Source: an uncultured virus (IMG/VR IMGVR_UViG_3300012005_000005) (lineage: Duplodnaviria > Heunggongvirae > Uroviricota > Caudoviricetes). Taken from it: a stretch of DNA of 64,000 bases. The notes below the pieces were generated by a model. The model did no database searches. It was not told the DNA's origin and worked only from the letters and a program-made list of their open reading frames with translations. The position numbers were made by a program, and so were the translations under genes. The stretch lies in IMG/VR virus record IMGVR_UViG_3300012005_000005. One strand, written 5' to 3'. This document shows positions 50,862 to 58,835 of this stretch, piece after piece (the stretch's first letter is position 1; each line of letters starts with the position of its first letter).

Positions 50862-52078
50862 TCTACTACTTCAAAATTTGGTATTGGAATTACAAACTTT
50901 CCTTTATATCCAGCAGCTTTACATTTAGCAATTATTTCCTCTTTAAAATTCCACGATAGTATGACTAAATAATCAGGAGGATTTCTCATAAAATCATGAA
51001 TTGAAATAATTGGAATAAAAGTACCTGGTGAATATTTTCCTATTTTCTCAGGTGTTTCATCCACTATATATTTTATCCTTCCCACTGTAATGCCTGCACT
51101 GTTTAGTAGTGTATTTCCCTTTGCACTTGCTGCAAATGCTGCTACTGTTCCTCTCAAATTTAGGGCACTTATACCATCAGAAAATTCATTTATAGTTTGT
51201 TTCACTTCTTTGGCAAACTTTTTATAAGGTTCAATCCTATAGTAAGCCTCTTCTATCTTCAAAAAATCATAAACAGACTTATCAGGAAGTCCATTGCCAA
51301 TGGTTACTCTTACTGTTCCCCCATGAATATTTTGCTTTTCAACTTGTAGTATATTTAATCCAAATTTTGAACAAAGGATACCAATTGGATTTATAGAAAA
51401 ATAACTAAGATGTTCAAAATAGACAGTATCGAATTCTTTGTTTTCTATAAAATCAATTAGATATGGGAATTCAAGTATTAATTTACCTTCCGGTTTCAAC
51501 ATTATTTTTGCACCCTCTATAAAATCTTTCACATTGTCTACATGTGCGAATACATTAGTAGCAGTTATTAAATCTGCTTTACCATAACCGCTTCTTAATA
51601 AACGATTTGCAGTTTCTACACTCCAAAATTCAGTTAAAATAGGTACACCCACTGCTTCAGAAATTGCTGCTAAATTTTCTGCTGGGTCTATATTTAAAAC
51701 TTTTTCTCCTATAACTTTTTTAAACTGTTCAAGTAATGCTCCATCATTCCCTGCTATATCAATATGAAAAGAGTTTTCATTTAAACCCATTTTTTCTTTA
51801 AGATCAATAGCCATTTTCCTACAATGTTCAACATAAGTATTACTTATAGAAGAACGATAAACATAGTTTGAAAACAAAGTATGAGGATCTATTACAACAG
51901 ACAATTGACTCAGTCCGCAATCTGCACATAGTAAAACTTTTAATGGATAGGTTTCAGAATGAATGGGGTCTGATGTAGAGTTTGCTAAGTTATTACTTAA
52001 AGGCATATTACCTAAATCGAGGTAAGGTACTAACTTAGTACTGTTACATATTCTGCAATTTGTTTGATTTTTGTTCAT
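50858..52078 (-). CDS. SAM-dependent NDP-sugar C-methyltransferase-like protein
   Basis: CRIC...LGNMPLSN...CADCGLSQL, DIAGNDG, TNVFAHV, YFEHLSYF, AASAKGNTLL. Confidence 0.88.
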   Translation of the reverse strand: MNKNQTNCRICNSTKLVPYLDLGNMPLSNNLANSTSDPIHSETYPLKVLLCADCGLSQLSVVIDPHTLFSNYVYRSSISNTYVEHCRKMAIDLKEKMGLNENSFHIDIAGNDGALLEQFKKVIGEKVLNIDPAENLAAISEAVGVPILTEFWSVETANRLLRSGYGKADLITATNVFAHVDNVKDFIEGAKIMLKPEGKLILEFPYLIDFIENKEFDTVYFEHLSYFSINPIGILCSKFGLNILQVEKQNIHGGTVRVTIGNGLPDKSVYDFLKIEEAYYRIEPYKKFAKEVKQTINEFSDGISALNLRGTVAAFAASAKGNTLLNSAGITVGRIKYIVDETPEKIGKYSPGTFIPIISIHDFMRNPPDYLVILSWNFKEEIIAKCKAAGYKGKFVIPIPNFEVVE

Positions 52079-52095
52079 TTTTTATTTACTTTGTG

Positions 52096-53409
52096 TTAAT
52101 TATGTATTAATAAACATCCTGATACCTTTATCCACTTACTTGCTCCATATTTTTTAATAATATCATCAAAATAAGTCCAATCTGAGCTGTGACTTTTTAT
52201 ATCTCTCCATCCTACGCTGCATGCTGCACTCTTCTTTATCATTACTCCTGCACAATCTATATACCCTAACTGTAATTTACAATCTATTACTCCATATTTA
52301 TAATTATCCCACTTTAGATTGTCTGCACTTACTTGTCCATAGTTTAAAACAGTGGTTTGTTGAGGAGCTAAATAACTATGAACCATTTTAGAACAGTATG
52401 TAGCTACAGCATTTGGATTTTCTTTAAATCCAGTTAATAGGGTTTCTATATATGTTGGAACATGGTGATTATCTGCATTTGTAATTACTACATAGTCAGT
52501 ATTGGGTGATATTATATCCATATTTTTCAGTCCCCACTGTCTATAAAAATGTCCCCAATATCCTTTTCTTTCTGCAAATTCAATATAAGTTATTCTCTCA
52601 TCTCCTATTGTGGAAATAATTTTCTTCAGTCCTGTCTCATTTTTTCCATCATGAATTAGCAGCAACTTCCAATTTTTGTGAGTTTGATTTATTAAAGATG
52701 ATACTATTTCTGGATAAGTATTATAAACAGGACAAATAAAAGTAACTTTTTCTGAAAGATCTTTCTTAAAAACTGAATTAAATTCTTCTGTTCTACCTAA
52801 ATAACTTCTTATTTCTGTGTCCCATAAAGGACTGTTTGCTAATATAGGTTCTACTATTATTGCCTCCATTCCAAGTTTTTGAATCTGCAATAAGAAGTTA
52901 TTTTCTTCTCCGTGTTCAAACGAATAGCATTCTAATTTAGTATAAATTCTTTCCACAGGAAAAAAAAGCTTTTTTGAAGCACTTTTTGAAATAAGAAAAC
53001 CTGTTGTTCTTATATGTGGTCTAATTTGATTAGATATTTCTGTGCAAATTACTGCATTTTCATTTTCCTGAGACTTTTGAAGAAATGTTTTAAGAAAGTC
53101 TTTAGTCATAGGAATAACATCATCAGTTATCCACAGTAATTTATCCCAATTATTATCAAAACCTGAAAGTCTTTCTTTGCATACATCTTGAAAAACACCT
53201 ATATCATAACCAATATTTTCTCTTTGGATATATTTTATATTCTCTGCATCACACACATTTTTAAATTCCCTAACACTTACTTCTCTATCTATATTATGTA
53301 TAACAATTAGTTCTGCGCCTTCTTGATTACTTTGTTTCCAACAATCAATCCAACGTTTTAAATTATTTAATCTGTTGTAAATTATAATTACTACCTTGAT
53401 TTTTTGCAT
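52096..53409 (-). CDS. Two-domain glycosyltransferase (GT2-like)
   Basis: RENIGYDIG...PHIRTTGF N-domain; VTFICPVYN...QTHKNWKLLLIHDG...TNADN C-domain. Confidence 0.8.
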   Translation of the reverse strand: MQKIKVVIIIYNRLNNLKRWIDCWKQSNQEGAELIVIHNIDREVSVREFKNVCDAENIKYIQRENIGYDIGVFQDVCKERLSGFDNNWDKLLWITDDVIPMTKDFLKTFLQKSQENENAVICTEISNQIRPHIRTTGFLISKSASKKLFFPVERIYTKLECYSFEHGEENNFLLQIQKLGMEAIIVEPILANSPLWDTEIRSYLGRTEEFNSVFKKDLSEKVTFICPVYNTYPEIVSSLINQTHKNWKLLLIHDGKNETGLKKIISTIGDERITYIEFAERKGYWGHFYRQWGLKNMDIISPNTDYVVITNADNHHVPTYIETLLTGFKENPNAVATYCSKMVHSYLAPQQTTVLNYGQVSADNLKWDNYKYGVIDCKLQLGYIDCAGVMIKKSAACSVGWRDIKSHSSDWTYFDDIIKKYGASKWIKVSGCLLIHN

Positions 53410-53417
53410 ATATAGTG

Positions 53418-53449
53418 CAAAGATAATATAAAAAAATCAAATTGCCAAA
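53418..53449 (-). promoter_or_regulatory. Bacteroidota sigma-A promoter
   Basis: TTTG-N20-TATCTTTG. Confidence 0.75.
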
Positions 53450-53467
53450 TTTATTTTGTATTCATTG

Positions 53468-53538
53468 AGCGAATGGTGTGAATCGAACACACATCAAAAC
53501 TTTGGAAGAGTCTTGTTTTACCATTAAACTACACTCGC
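53468..53538 (-). tRNA. tRNA-Gly(TCC)
   Basis: GCGAGTG/CATTCGC; AGACT-CTTCCAA-AGTTT. Confidence 0.88.
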
Positions 53539-53541
53539 ATG

Positions 53542-53615
53542 TTTCGGGTGCAAGATTCGAACTTGCGGTATCCTACTTATGAGGAAGGTGAGATAGACCT
53601 CTTCTCTAACCCGAA
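53542..53615 (-). tRNA. tRNA-Met(CAT) (Ile2 not excluded)
   Basis: TTCGGGT/ACCCGAA; loop CTCATAA; GCAAG-TTCGAAT-CTTGC. Confidence 0.8.
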
Positions 53616-53764
53616 ATGTGGGACGTTGTTTTTTTATAGAACTTCGCCCAAAAACTATATGTTTTGACATTTTGCTGCGATTGATGCAATACGCTATTAT
53701 AATTCACGTACCCGTCTTCATTCAAACGTCTATGTGTCTGTCAACAACACATTACGTACAGTCG

Positions 53765-53917
53765 CTGTAGAAATAGGGATCGAACCTATAAGTGGAGATT
53801 AAAGTAAATACAAAATAAGATGTACATTTTACTGGTCAACCGATTATATCTACTCCGTTTCTTTTATCCACGCCACCGAGACAAGGTGGTGCGTCTGCCA
53901 AATTCCGCCACTCTACA
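53765..53917 (-). ncRNA. tRNA-like RNA (GTC loop) with 83-nt structured variable arm
   Basis: TGTAGAG/TTCTACA acceptor, Leu-like D arm, CCACC-TTGTCTC-GGTGG, ATAGG-TTCGATC-CCTAT. Confidence 0.7.
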
Positions 53918-53977
53918 ATTTATTATTTTCTACATTTTCCTACATTAAGGCNNNNNNNNNNGATGTTGTATAGTCCA

Positions 53978-54061
53978 TTAGTATCTTCTTAAAAGTGCTA
54001 AAATACAAAGAGCAATTCCACCTATTATTACTGAACCTATAGCTTCTAAAAATGTTTCCAT
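53978..54061 (-). CDS. Putative 27-aa membrane peptide (METFLEAIGSVIIGGIALCILALLRRY)
   Basis: ATG 4 nt after the TAACTTTG promoter element. Confidence 0.4.
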   Translation of the reverse strand: METFLEAIGSVIIGGIALCILALLRRY

Positions 54062-54065
54062 AATG

Positions 54066-54097
54066 CAAAGTTATATAATTATTTTGAACTTTCCAAA
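54066..54097 (-). promoter_or_regulatory. Bacteroidota sigma-A promoter
   Basis: TTTG-N20-TAACTTTG. Confidence 0.7.
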
Positions 54098-54107
54098 TTT
54101 ATTTTTG

Positions 54108-54184
54108 CGTTCAAGGAAGGATTCGAACCCGTCTGTCTTCGCTTTAAAAGAGCGTAGCTTATACCTGACTTAAGTTTCGAGGGT
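54108..54184 (-). pseudogene. Chimeric tRNA-Lys(TTT)
   Basis: CGCT-CTTTTAA-AGCG anticodon arm and GTTCGAATCC are present, but 5' ACCCTCG does not pair with 3' CTTGAAC. Confidence 0.6.
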
Positions 54185-54186
54185 AT

Positions 54187-54218
54187 AAAAAAACCCAAAA
54201 GTTTTTGTGCTCTTGGGT
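54187..54218 (-). terminator. Terminator of attenuator 2
   Basis: ACCCAAGA...TTTTGGGT plus T run, just upstream of the tRNA. Confidence 0.8.
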
Positions 54219-54246
54219 CTCATTATGAATCTATGTTAATTTCTTT

Positions 54247-54351
54247 TTATATTCCTGTTCCAACATAAGGATTCTGTTTACCCACAGAGCGAGATTTCTC
54301 TCCGCCATCGGCATTCATTCTATTATCCACTATGTTTACGTTTAAATACAT
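54247..54351 (-). CDS. Leader peptide 2 (34 aa, MYLNVNIVDNRMNADGGEKSRSVGKQNPYVGTGI)
   Basis: Between promoter and terminator; 16 consecutive purine-start codons. Confidence 0.75.
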   Translation of the reverse strand: MYLNVNIVDNRMNADGGEKSRSVGKQNPYVGTGI

Positions 54352-54375
54352 TGAAATTTTTATAAGTTTAAAGTG

Positions 54376-54406
54376 CAAATATAGGAAAACTTTTTTATAT
54401 TGCAAA
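54376..54406 (-). promoter_or_regulatory. Bacteroidota sigma-A promoter
   Basis: TTTG-N19-TATATTTG. Confidence 0.75.
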
Positions 54407-54449
54407 ATTTATTTTTAAAAATAATTGATTTTAATTATTATATACTTCT

Positions 54450-54713
54450 TTAATCATTTTGATGTGTATTTAATAATTTTTCAAAATCTTTTGGGGAAAG
54501 ATCAATCAAACATGTATCACCTGATTTAAGTTGTATCTGTGTTACATGTAAAACAGGGTCTCCATCAGCATCTCTGTGTGTTGGTCTATATGATTCTAAC
54601 TGAGAAGGTAAAAACTTAAACCAACTGTCTTCATATTCTTCTTTACCCATTACCTCTGCCCTACTTACACTATAAATTCTTATGTGTACTCTTATAAATC
54701 TTTCTGTAAACAT
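54450..54713 (-). CDS. Hypothetical protein
   Basis: Start moved to MFTERF, coupled by TAATG to the upstream gene. Confidence 0.6.
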   Translation of the reverse strand: MFTERFIRVHIRIYSVSRAEVMGKEEYEDSWFKFLPSQLESYRPTHRDADGDPVLHVTQIQLKSGDTCLIDLSPKDFEKLLNTHQND

Positions 54714-55120
54714 TATTTTATTTTTATTGATGTTGGTTTGTCTACTATAAATATAGCTTCTCCTGAATGTTTTTCCCACAGAGACAGCCAATCATTCCAT
54801 GCTATTTTTACAGGAAGTAGTCCACCATACTCTGCTACTAATATTGTATGTTCTTCATCTAATGGGTAGAAGTCATGTATTTCATTTGTATTTATTCCAT
54901 ATGGTTTATAATAGAATTCTAAATTCTTAGTGTTAAACATCTTCTCAAACCTATCATCCATGCCAAACTCTGAATCCTCATCATCCTCATCATTATCAAG
55001 GCCAAGTTTTCTTCTTGTTTTTCTATCTAAACCTCTTTCATCTTCTACATCGTCTCTATTTTCAGAGAGATAATCTTTTTTTGGTTTTGCATATTTAACT
55101 AATACTATTATTCTACTCAT
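54713..55120 (-). CDS. Hypothetical protein
   Basis: 135 aa with an acidic patch. Confidence 0.65.
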   Translation of the reverse strand: MSRIIVLVKYAKPKKDYLSENRDDVEDERGLDRKTRRKLGLDNDEDDEDSEFGMDDRFEKMFNTKNLEFYYKPYGINTNEIHDFYPLDEEHTILVAEYGGLLPVKIAWNDWLSLWEKHSGEAIFIVDKPTSIKIK

Positions 55121-55325
55121 TGTCTATTAATTGATTTGGCTGAAGGGGTGAAAGTAAAGTTTCATTTAGTGATCCACGAAAAGAATTATTAATTTTTTTG
55201 TAAAATTTAACTATACCAGTTTCATCTGTAAGAAAAATATAATGCTTTGGGCAAGATGAAGTTTTTTTAATATCTCCTTCTTCATTTATTGTTACCCACT
55301 TCTTCTTTAAAAAGAAATCTAACAT
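55113..55325 (-). CDS. Hypothetical protein
   Basis: 70 aa. Confidence 0.5.
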   Translation of the reverse strand: MLDFFLKKKWVTINEEGDIKKTSSCPKHYIFLTDETGIVKFYKKINNSFRGSLNETLLSPLQPNQLIDNE

Positions 55326-55636
55326 TATATTAATTCACTTAAGTGTTCAAAAATTTTTTCAATTCGTGAATTTTGTTTATTCACCTCATCAATCTCACTA
55401 TTAAACATTTGTAGAAAGTCTCGTTTAACATCAGGCTCTTCATTAGAAGATTTTATGTCTATTGGAACTCTCCTATTTAGGATACAGTTAAGTTTTTCTT
55501 CTATGCTATATAAATATTCTCTTTGTTGAGAATTATATTTAGACAACATATCTAAATTTAGCATTAATAAAGTATTGTTTTTTTCATCTTTTGTGTTTTT
55601 TACTTCTTTATTGTCTTGATATGCGTATGCTGACAT
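55325..55636 (-). CDS. Hypothetical coiled-coil protein
   Basis: 103 aa after a promoter. Confidence 0.6.
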   Translation of the reverse strand: MSAYAYQDNKEVKNTKDEKNNTLLMLNLDMLSKYNSQQREYLYSIEEKLNCILNRRVPIDIKSSNEEPDVKRDFLQMFNSEIDEVNKQNSRIEKIFEHLSELI

Positions 55637-55655
55637 ATTATTTGGTTTTAGAAAG

Positions 55656-55687
55656 CAAAGATAAGTAAAATATTCTACTCTACCAAA
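55656..55687 (-). promoter_or_regulatory. Bacteroidota sigma-A promoter
   Basis: TTTG-N20-TATCTTTG. Confidence 0.7.
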
Positions 55688-55896
55688 TTTATTTTATCAT
55701 ACTCCTCTAACAATTTACATAATTTTGCTTCCATTTCCAGTGTCACTATCTTTTTAGTGGGTTCTATAATCCAATAAGAAACCTTTCCTTCCACATCAAT
55801 ATTTCCTGAATAAACTTTGTAGGTGTTAATCCACCACCCTTTCCTTACTATTATTGTTAACCATCTACCTGTTATTTTTTTATCTACTATGTTCAT
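55675..55896 (-). CDS. Hypothetical protein
   Basis: 73 aa. Confidence 0.55.
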   Translation of the reverse strand: MNIVDKKITGRWLTIIVRKGWWINTYKVYSGNIDVEGKVSYWIIEPTKKIVTLEMEAKLCKLLEEYDKINLVE

Positions 55897-56390
55897 TTTT
55901 TATTTATTTTAGCTTCTTCACTTGTCTCAGCTATAAATTTTTCACTTTTCATAGGAGTGTTCTTTATAATTAATTTTTTATTCTCGTCTACTTTCCAGGT
56001 TTCAAATCTTATTCTTCCTTCCTCTGCTGCCTTCTTAATTGCGTTTTGTATTTTTGATCTTTGCGCTGTATTTGTCTTAACGTCACTTAGAATTATTGTT
56101 ATTGGAACATCTTCACCATTACGAACTGCACTCATTCCATCAAAGACTAAATAATCAATAGGCATTCCTACAAATTTACAATCCCCCATAGAATATGGAA
56201 AGTCAGGAAATAAAGGAATGAACTCCTCCGCTATTTTGCCTCTTATTACAGCTTTAGAAGTCTTAATAGAACTTGCACGAGCTAATTCAATTTCTTTTTT
56301 CTGCTTATTTTTTAAATCTATAATGTATATGTACTGATATACAGATATTAAAATAACTATTGCTCCTATTATATCTTTTATTGTGTTCAT
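55893..56390 (-). CDS. Membrane-anchored Holliday junction resolvase-like endonuclease
   Basis: N-terminal TM; SKAVIRGKIAEEFIP...FVGMPIDYLVFDG...DVKT. Confidence 0.8.
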   Translation of the reverse strand: MNTIKDIIGAIVILISVYQYIYIIDLKNKQKKEIELARASSIKTSKAVIRGKIAEEFIPLFPDFPYSMGDCKFVGMPIDYLVFDGMSAVRNGEDVPITIILSDVKTNTAQRSKIQNAIKKAAEEGRIRFETWKVDENKKLIIKNTPMKSEKFIAETSEEAKINKK

Positions 56391-56396
56391 TTAGGT

Positions 56397-57599
56397 TTAT
56401 TTTATAATATTTTCTATAAGTTCTTTTTTTGCTGTTTCTGCACAATCAGAATTTTTTAAGCATATTTCTTGTACATCACTCATCTTTAAATTAAATGATC
56501 CTTTTATATCTAATGGCTGATTAAAAAATATTTCATAATATTCATTAATTTCTTTTTCAGAAGGTTTTGTAATTTCTACCTTTAAATCAATTCTTCCTGT
56601 TCTAAGAAGAGCATCATCCAGTTTTTCTATGTGATTAGTGGTAATAATAACTATCAATCCTTGTTTATAAAAAGCTCCATCTAAACAATTTAATAGAGAT
56701 GAAAATGTTATCTTGCTCATTTCTTTAACATTATCTCTACCTGAAAATACTTTATCTATGTCTTCTATTAGTAGAATAGAGTTTGATTTCATTGATTGAA
56801 AACAAAGAGGTAATCTACTATCATCTTCTATTGAATTTAGATTTAGGTAGTATATATCTTTACCTGTATAATTTGATATGGATAAAGCCAGGGTAGTTTT
56901 TCCTGTTCCTGGTTCTCCATAAAAACAATATCCTCTTTTATAAGGTATGCATACTTCTGTATACCAATTCTCATTTACTAAAAAACTATCCAAGTCTTTT
57001 ATTATCAGATCTTTCTTGCTTTTATTTATTATGGTTTTTTCTAATGGTTTTACTTTTATAGAAGTTGAAGGATACCACTCTCCATATCCATTATTAGAAA
57101 ATACTTTTATTGTATTCTTTACTTTTTTCTTTTCATTAAATTCTATTATTTCTCTAAGGAGGGAGTCCACTTGTTTTTTTGCTAATATTCCACTTATAAT
57201 GTATTTTCTAAAAAATATTTCTCTGATACTTTGTGCCTTTTCTATTTTTTCTTTATTTTTAGAAACTATTAACCTCTTTCCTTTATAATTGATTAGAAAG
57301 GTATTTTCTTCTTGCTTGTATATTAGAGTTTTTTTATTTCTTTCTTCTTCTATTGAAGGATAATCATTATTTCCTATAGAAGCCTCTACTTCTCTATATT
57401 GTTTATGATAAAATCGACCAAGCCACTCTTCAACCATTAGAAATAAATCATCATATTGATATATTTTTACAGTAAAAAGAATTTTCTGTTTTATTTTATT
57501 ATAAATAAATAGGGGGAAGGATTTTAATTGATATAAAATTGTTCCTGCTCCTCCTATTGTAATTCCTGTTATTAATAATTTGGTTATTTCAGAATTCAT
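56397..57599 (-). CDS. BCS1-like AAA+ ATPase with N-terminal TM
   Basis: PYKRGYCFYGEPGTGKT, LLIEDID, TFSSLLNCLDG, TTNHIEKLDDALLRTGRID. Confidence 0.85.
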   Translation of the reverse strand: MNSEITKLLITGITIGGAGTILYQLKSFPLFIYNKIKQKILFTVKIYQYDDLFLMVEEWLGRFYHKQYREVEASIGNNDYPSIEEERNKKTLIYKQEENTFLINYKGKRLIVSKNKEKIEKAQSIREIFFRKYIISGILAKKQVDSLLREIIEFNEKKKVKNTIKVFSNNGYGEWYPSTSIKVKPLEKTIINKSKKDLIIKDLDSFLVNENWYTEVCIPYKRGYCFYGEPGTGKTTLALSISNYTGKDIYYLNLNSIEDDSRLPLCFQSMKSNSILLIEDIDKVFSGRDNVKEMSKITFSSLLNCLDGAFYKQGLIVIITTNHIEKLDDALLRTGRIDLKVEITKPSEKEINEYYEIFFNQPLDIKGSFNLKMSDVQEICLKNSDCAETAKKELIENIIK

Positions 57600-57603
57600 A
57601 TTA

Positions 57604-57635
57604 CAAATATACTACTAATAATTGATTTTTCCAAA
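57604..57635 (-). promoter_or_regulatory. Bacteroidota sigma-A promoter
   Basis: TTTG-N20-TATATTTG, 4 nt before the ATG. Confidence 0.75.
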
Positions 57636-57649
57636 AAAATTTTTTAATT

Positions 57650-58063
57650 TTATAATGGGAAAGGGTTCATTATTATAAGCATAGAAGGAAAAGGTGCAGA
57701 GTTTTTGGATTGTCCAAATTTTAATCTGCCTTTTAAGAATCTTATTTCTACATCCTTCTTATTCTTATTATAAATGAATTCATGAAACCATTTGGTATCT
57801 GTTCTTGCAGGTACAAGGAACACTACCACCTTTGCGTTTCCTTTTTTCAACTCTTCTATTCCCTTTATAATAAAACTTTTTATATTAGAATAAGGAGGAT
57901 TTACAAAAATATTACCATTCCATTCAATATCAAGACCATCTACTTCACTTCTTATAGGGCACGGGTCAAAATCAAAATGAAACTCCTCATCTAACTTATT
58001 ATAGAAACCTGTAGGAGTAGACCAATCATCTGACTTGTGGGAAAACATTAGTTCTTTATTCAT
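57650..58063 (-). CDS. Phage Dam-type DNA N6-adenine methyltransferase
   Basis: DDWSTP, FDFDPC, FVNPPYS, LVPARTDTKWF, SAPFPS; start moved to MNKEL. Confidence 0.88.
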   Translation of the reverse strand: MNKELMFSHKSDDWSTPTGFYNKLDEEFHFDFDPCPIRSEVDGLDIEWNGNIFVNPPYSNIKSFIIKGIEELKKGNAKVVVFLVPARTDTKWFHEFIYNKNKKDVEIRFLKGRLKFGQSKNSAPFPSMLIIMNPFPL

Positions 58064-58067
58064 GTAG

Positions 58068-58075
58068 CAAAGGTA
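58068..58075 (-). promoter_or_regulatory. -7 promoter element
   Basis: TACCTTTG 4 nt before the methylase ATG. Confidence 0.6.
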
Positions 58076-58835
58076 AATAAAATTTCTGATAATAAAAAAT
58101 TTTTTAATTTTCCAAACGGGGAGAGATTTATATATCCGATTCCTTAAACCCAGTAGGACTGCTCCCCCCGCTCGTTCATGTAGTCGCTTCCCATCCCCGC
58201 CCTTCAAAAAAGAAATTTTTGTACATAACTTATTGAAAACCAATTCCTTAGACCACTATACACCCTTCCTTAACAAAACCTTAACAGATAAACTATTGCT
58301 TTGCCGCATTGGATTAGCTAACTTAGTTAAGTGGGATTGATACAGTGGGATGAAAAGATAACGAACGGTTACTCTACTTAATAGGTTATCTAATATAATA
58401 GGTTGTAAGTTTATGTAATTGATTATCAGCATATTAGCTTTTTAAGCAATAGACGCAAATAAAAAATTATATAGTTGATAATCAGGCAGTTAGTTTGATT
58501 TTTCCTAAGGGAAGTATAACCCTTGACAACCGTTAGTAATAAAATAGAAAGTTATTAGTCCAAAGGACTATAAAATAGGAATAGTCATACATATTTCATT
58601 AGTTAGTGTGTGCTAAGTTACTAAACAGCCTGAAAAGGTTTAAGCTAAGGAACGAATATAAGACCTTATTGAGTCTTTAATCACTGGTTCCGAAACAGGT
58701 AAGCTATTCCATAAATTAATTGGTTTGTATATTGAGTAGTACTAACCTACTACCTCTATACTTGAATTGAATGTGGATAAAATGTTAATAAAATAGTGTA
58801 TAATAGTGTACATTATAGCATATAAAAGCAATGTT

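Noticed and set aside
53765..53917. tmRNA or group I intron-containing tRNA
   Set aside because: Too short, no tag ORF or G3:U70 pair, and the insert is in the variable arm rather than the anticodon loop.
2965..57994. Plus-strand ORFs of the track within this span
   Set aside because: They are antisense shadows of long minus-strand genes or tRNAs.
58064..58243. N-terminal extension of the methylase ORF
   Set aside because: It crosses the promoter element; the family-like sequence begins at MNKEL.
58625..58710. Hammerhead ribozyme (CTGAAAAG...CGAAAC)
   Set aside because: The core deviates from CUGANGA and stem II does not close correctly.
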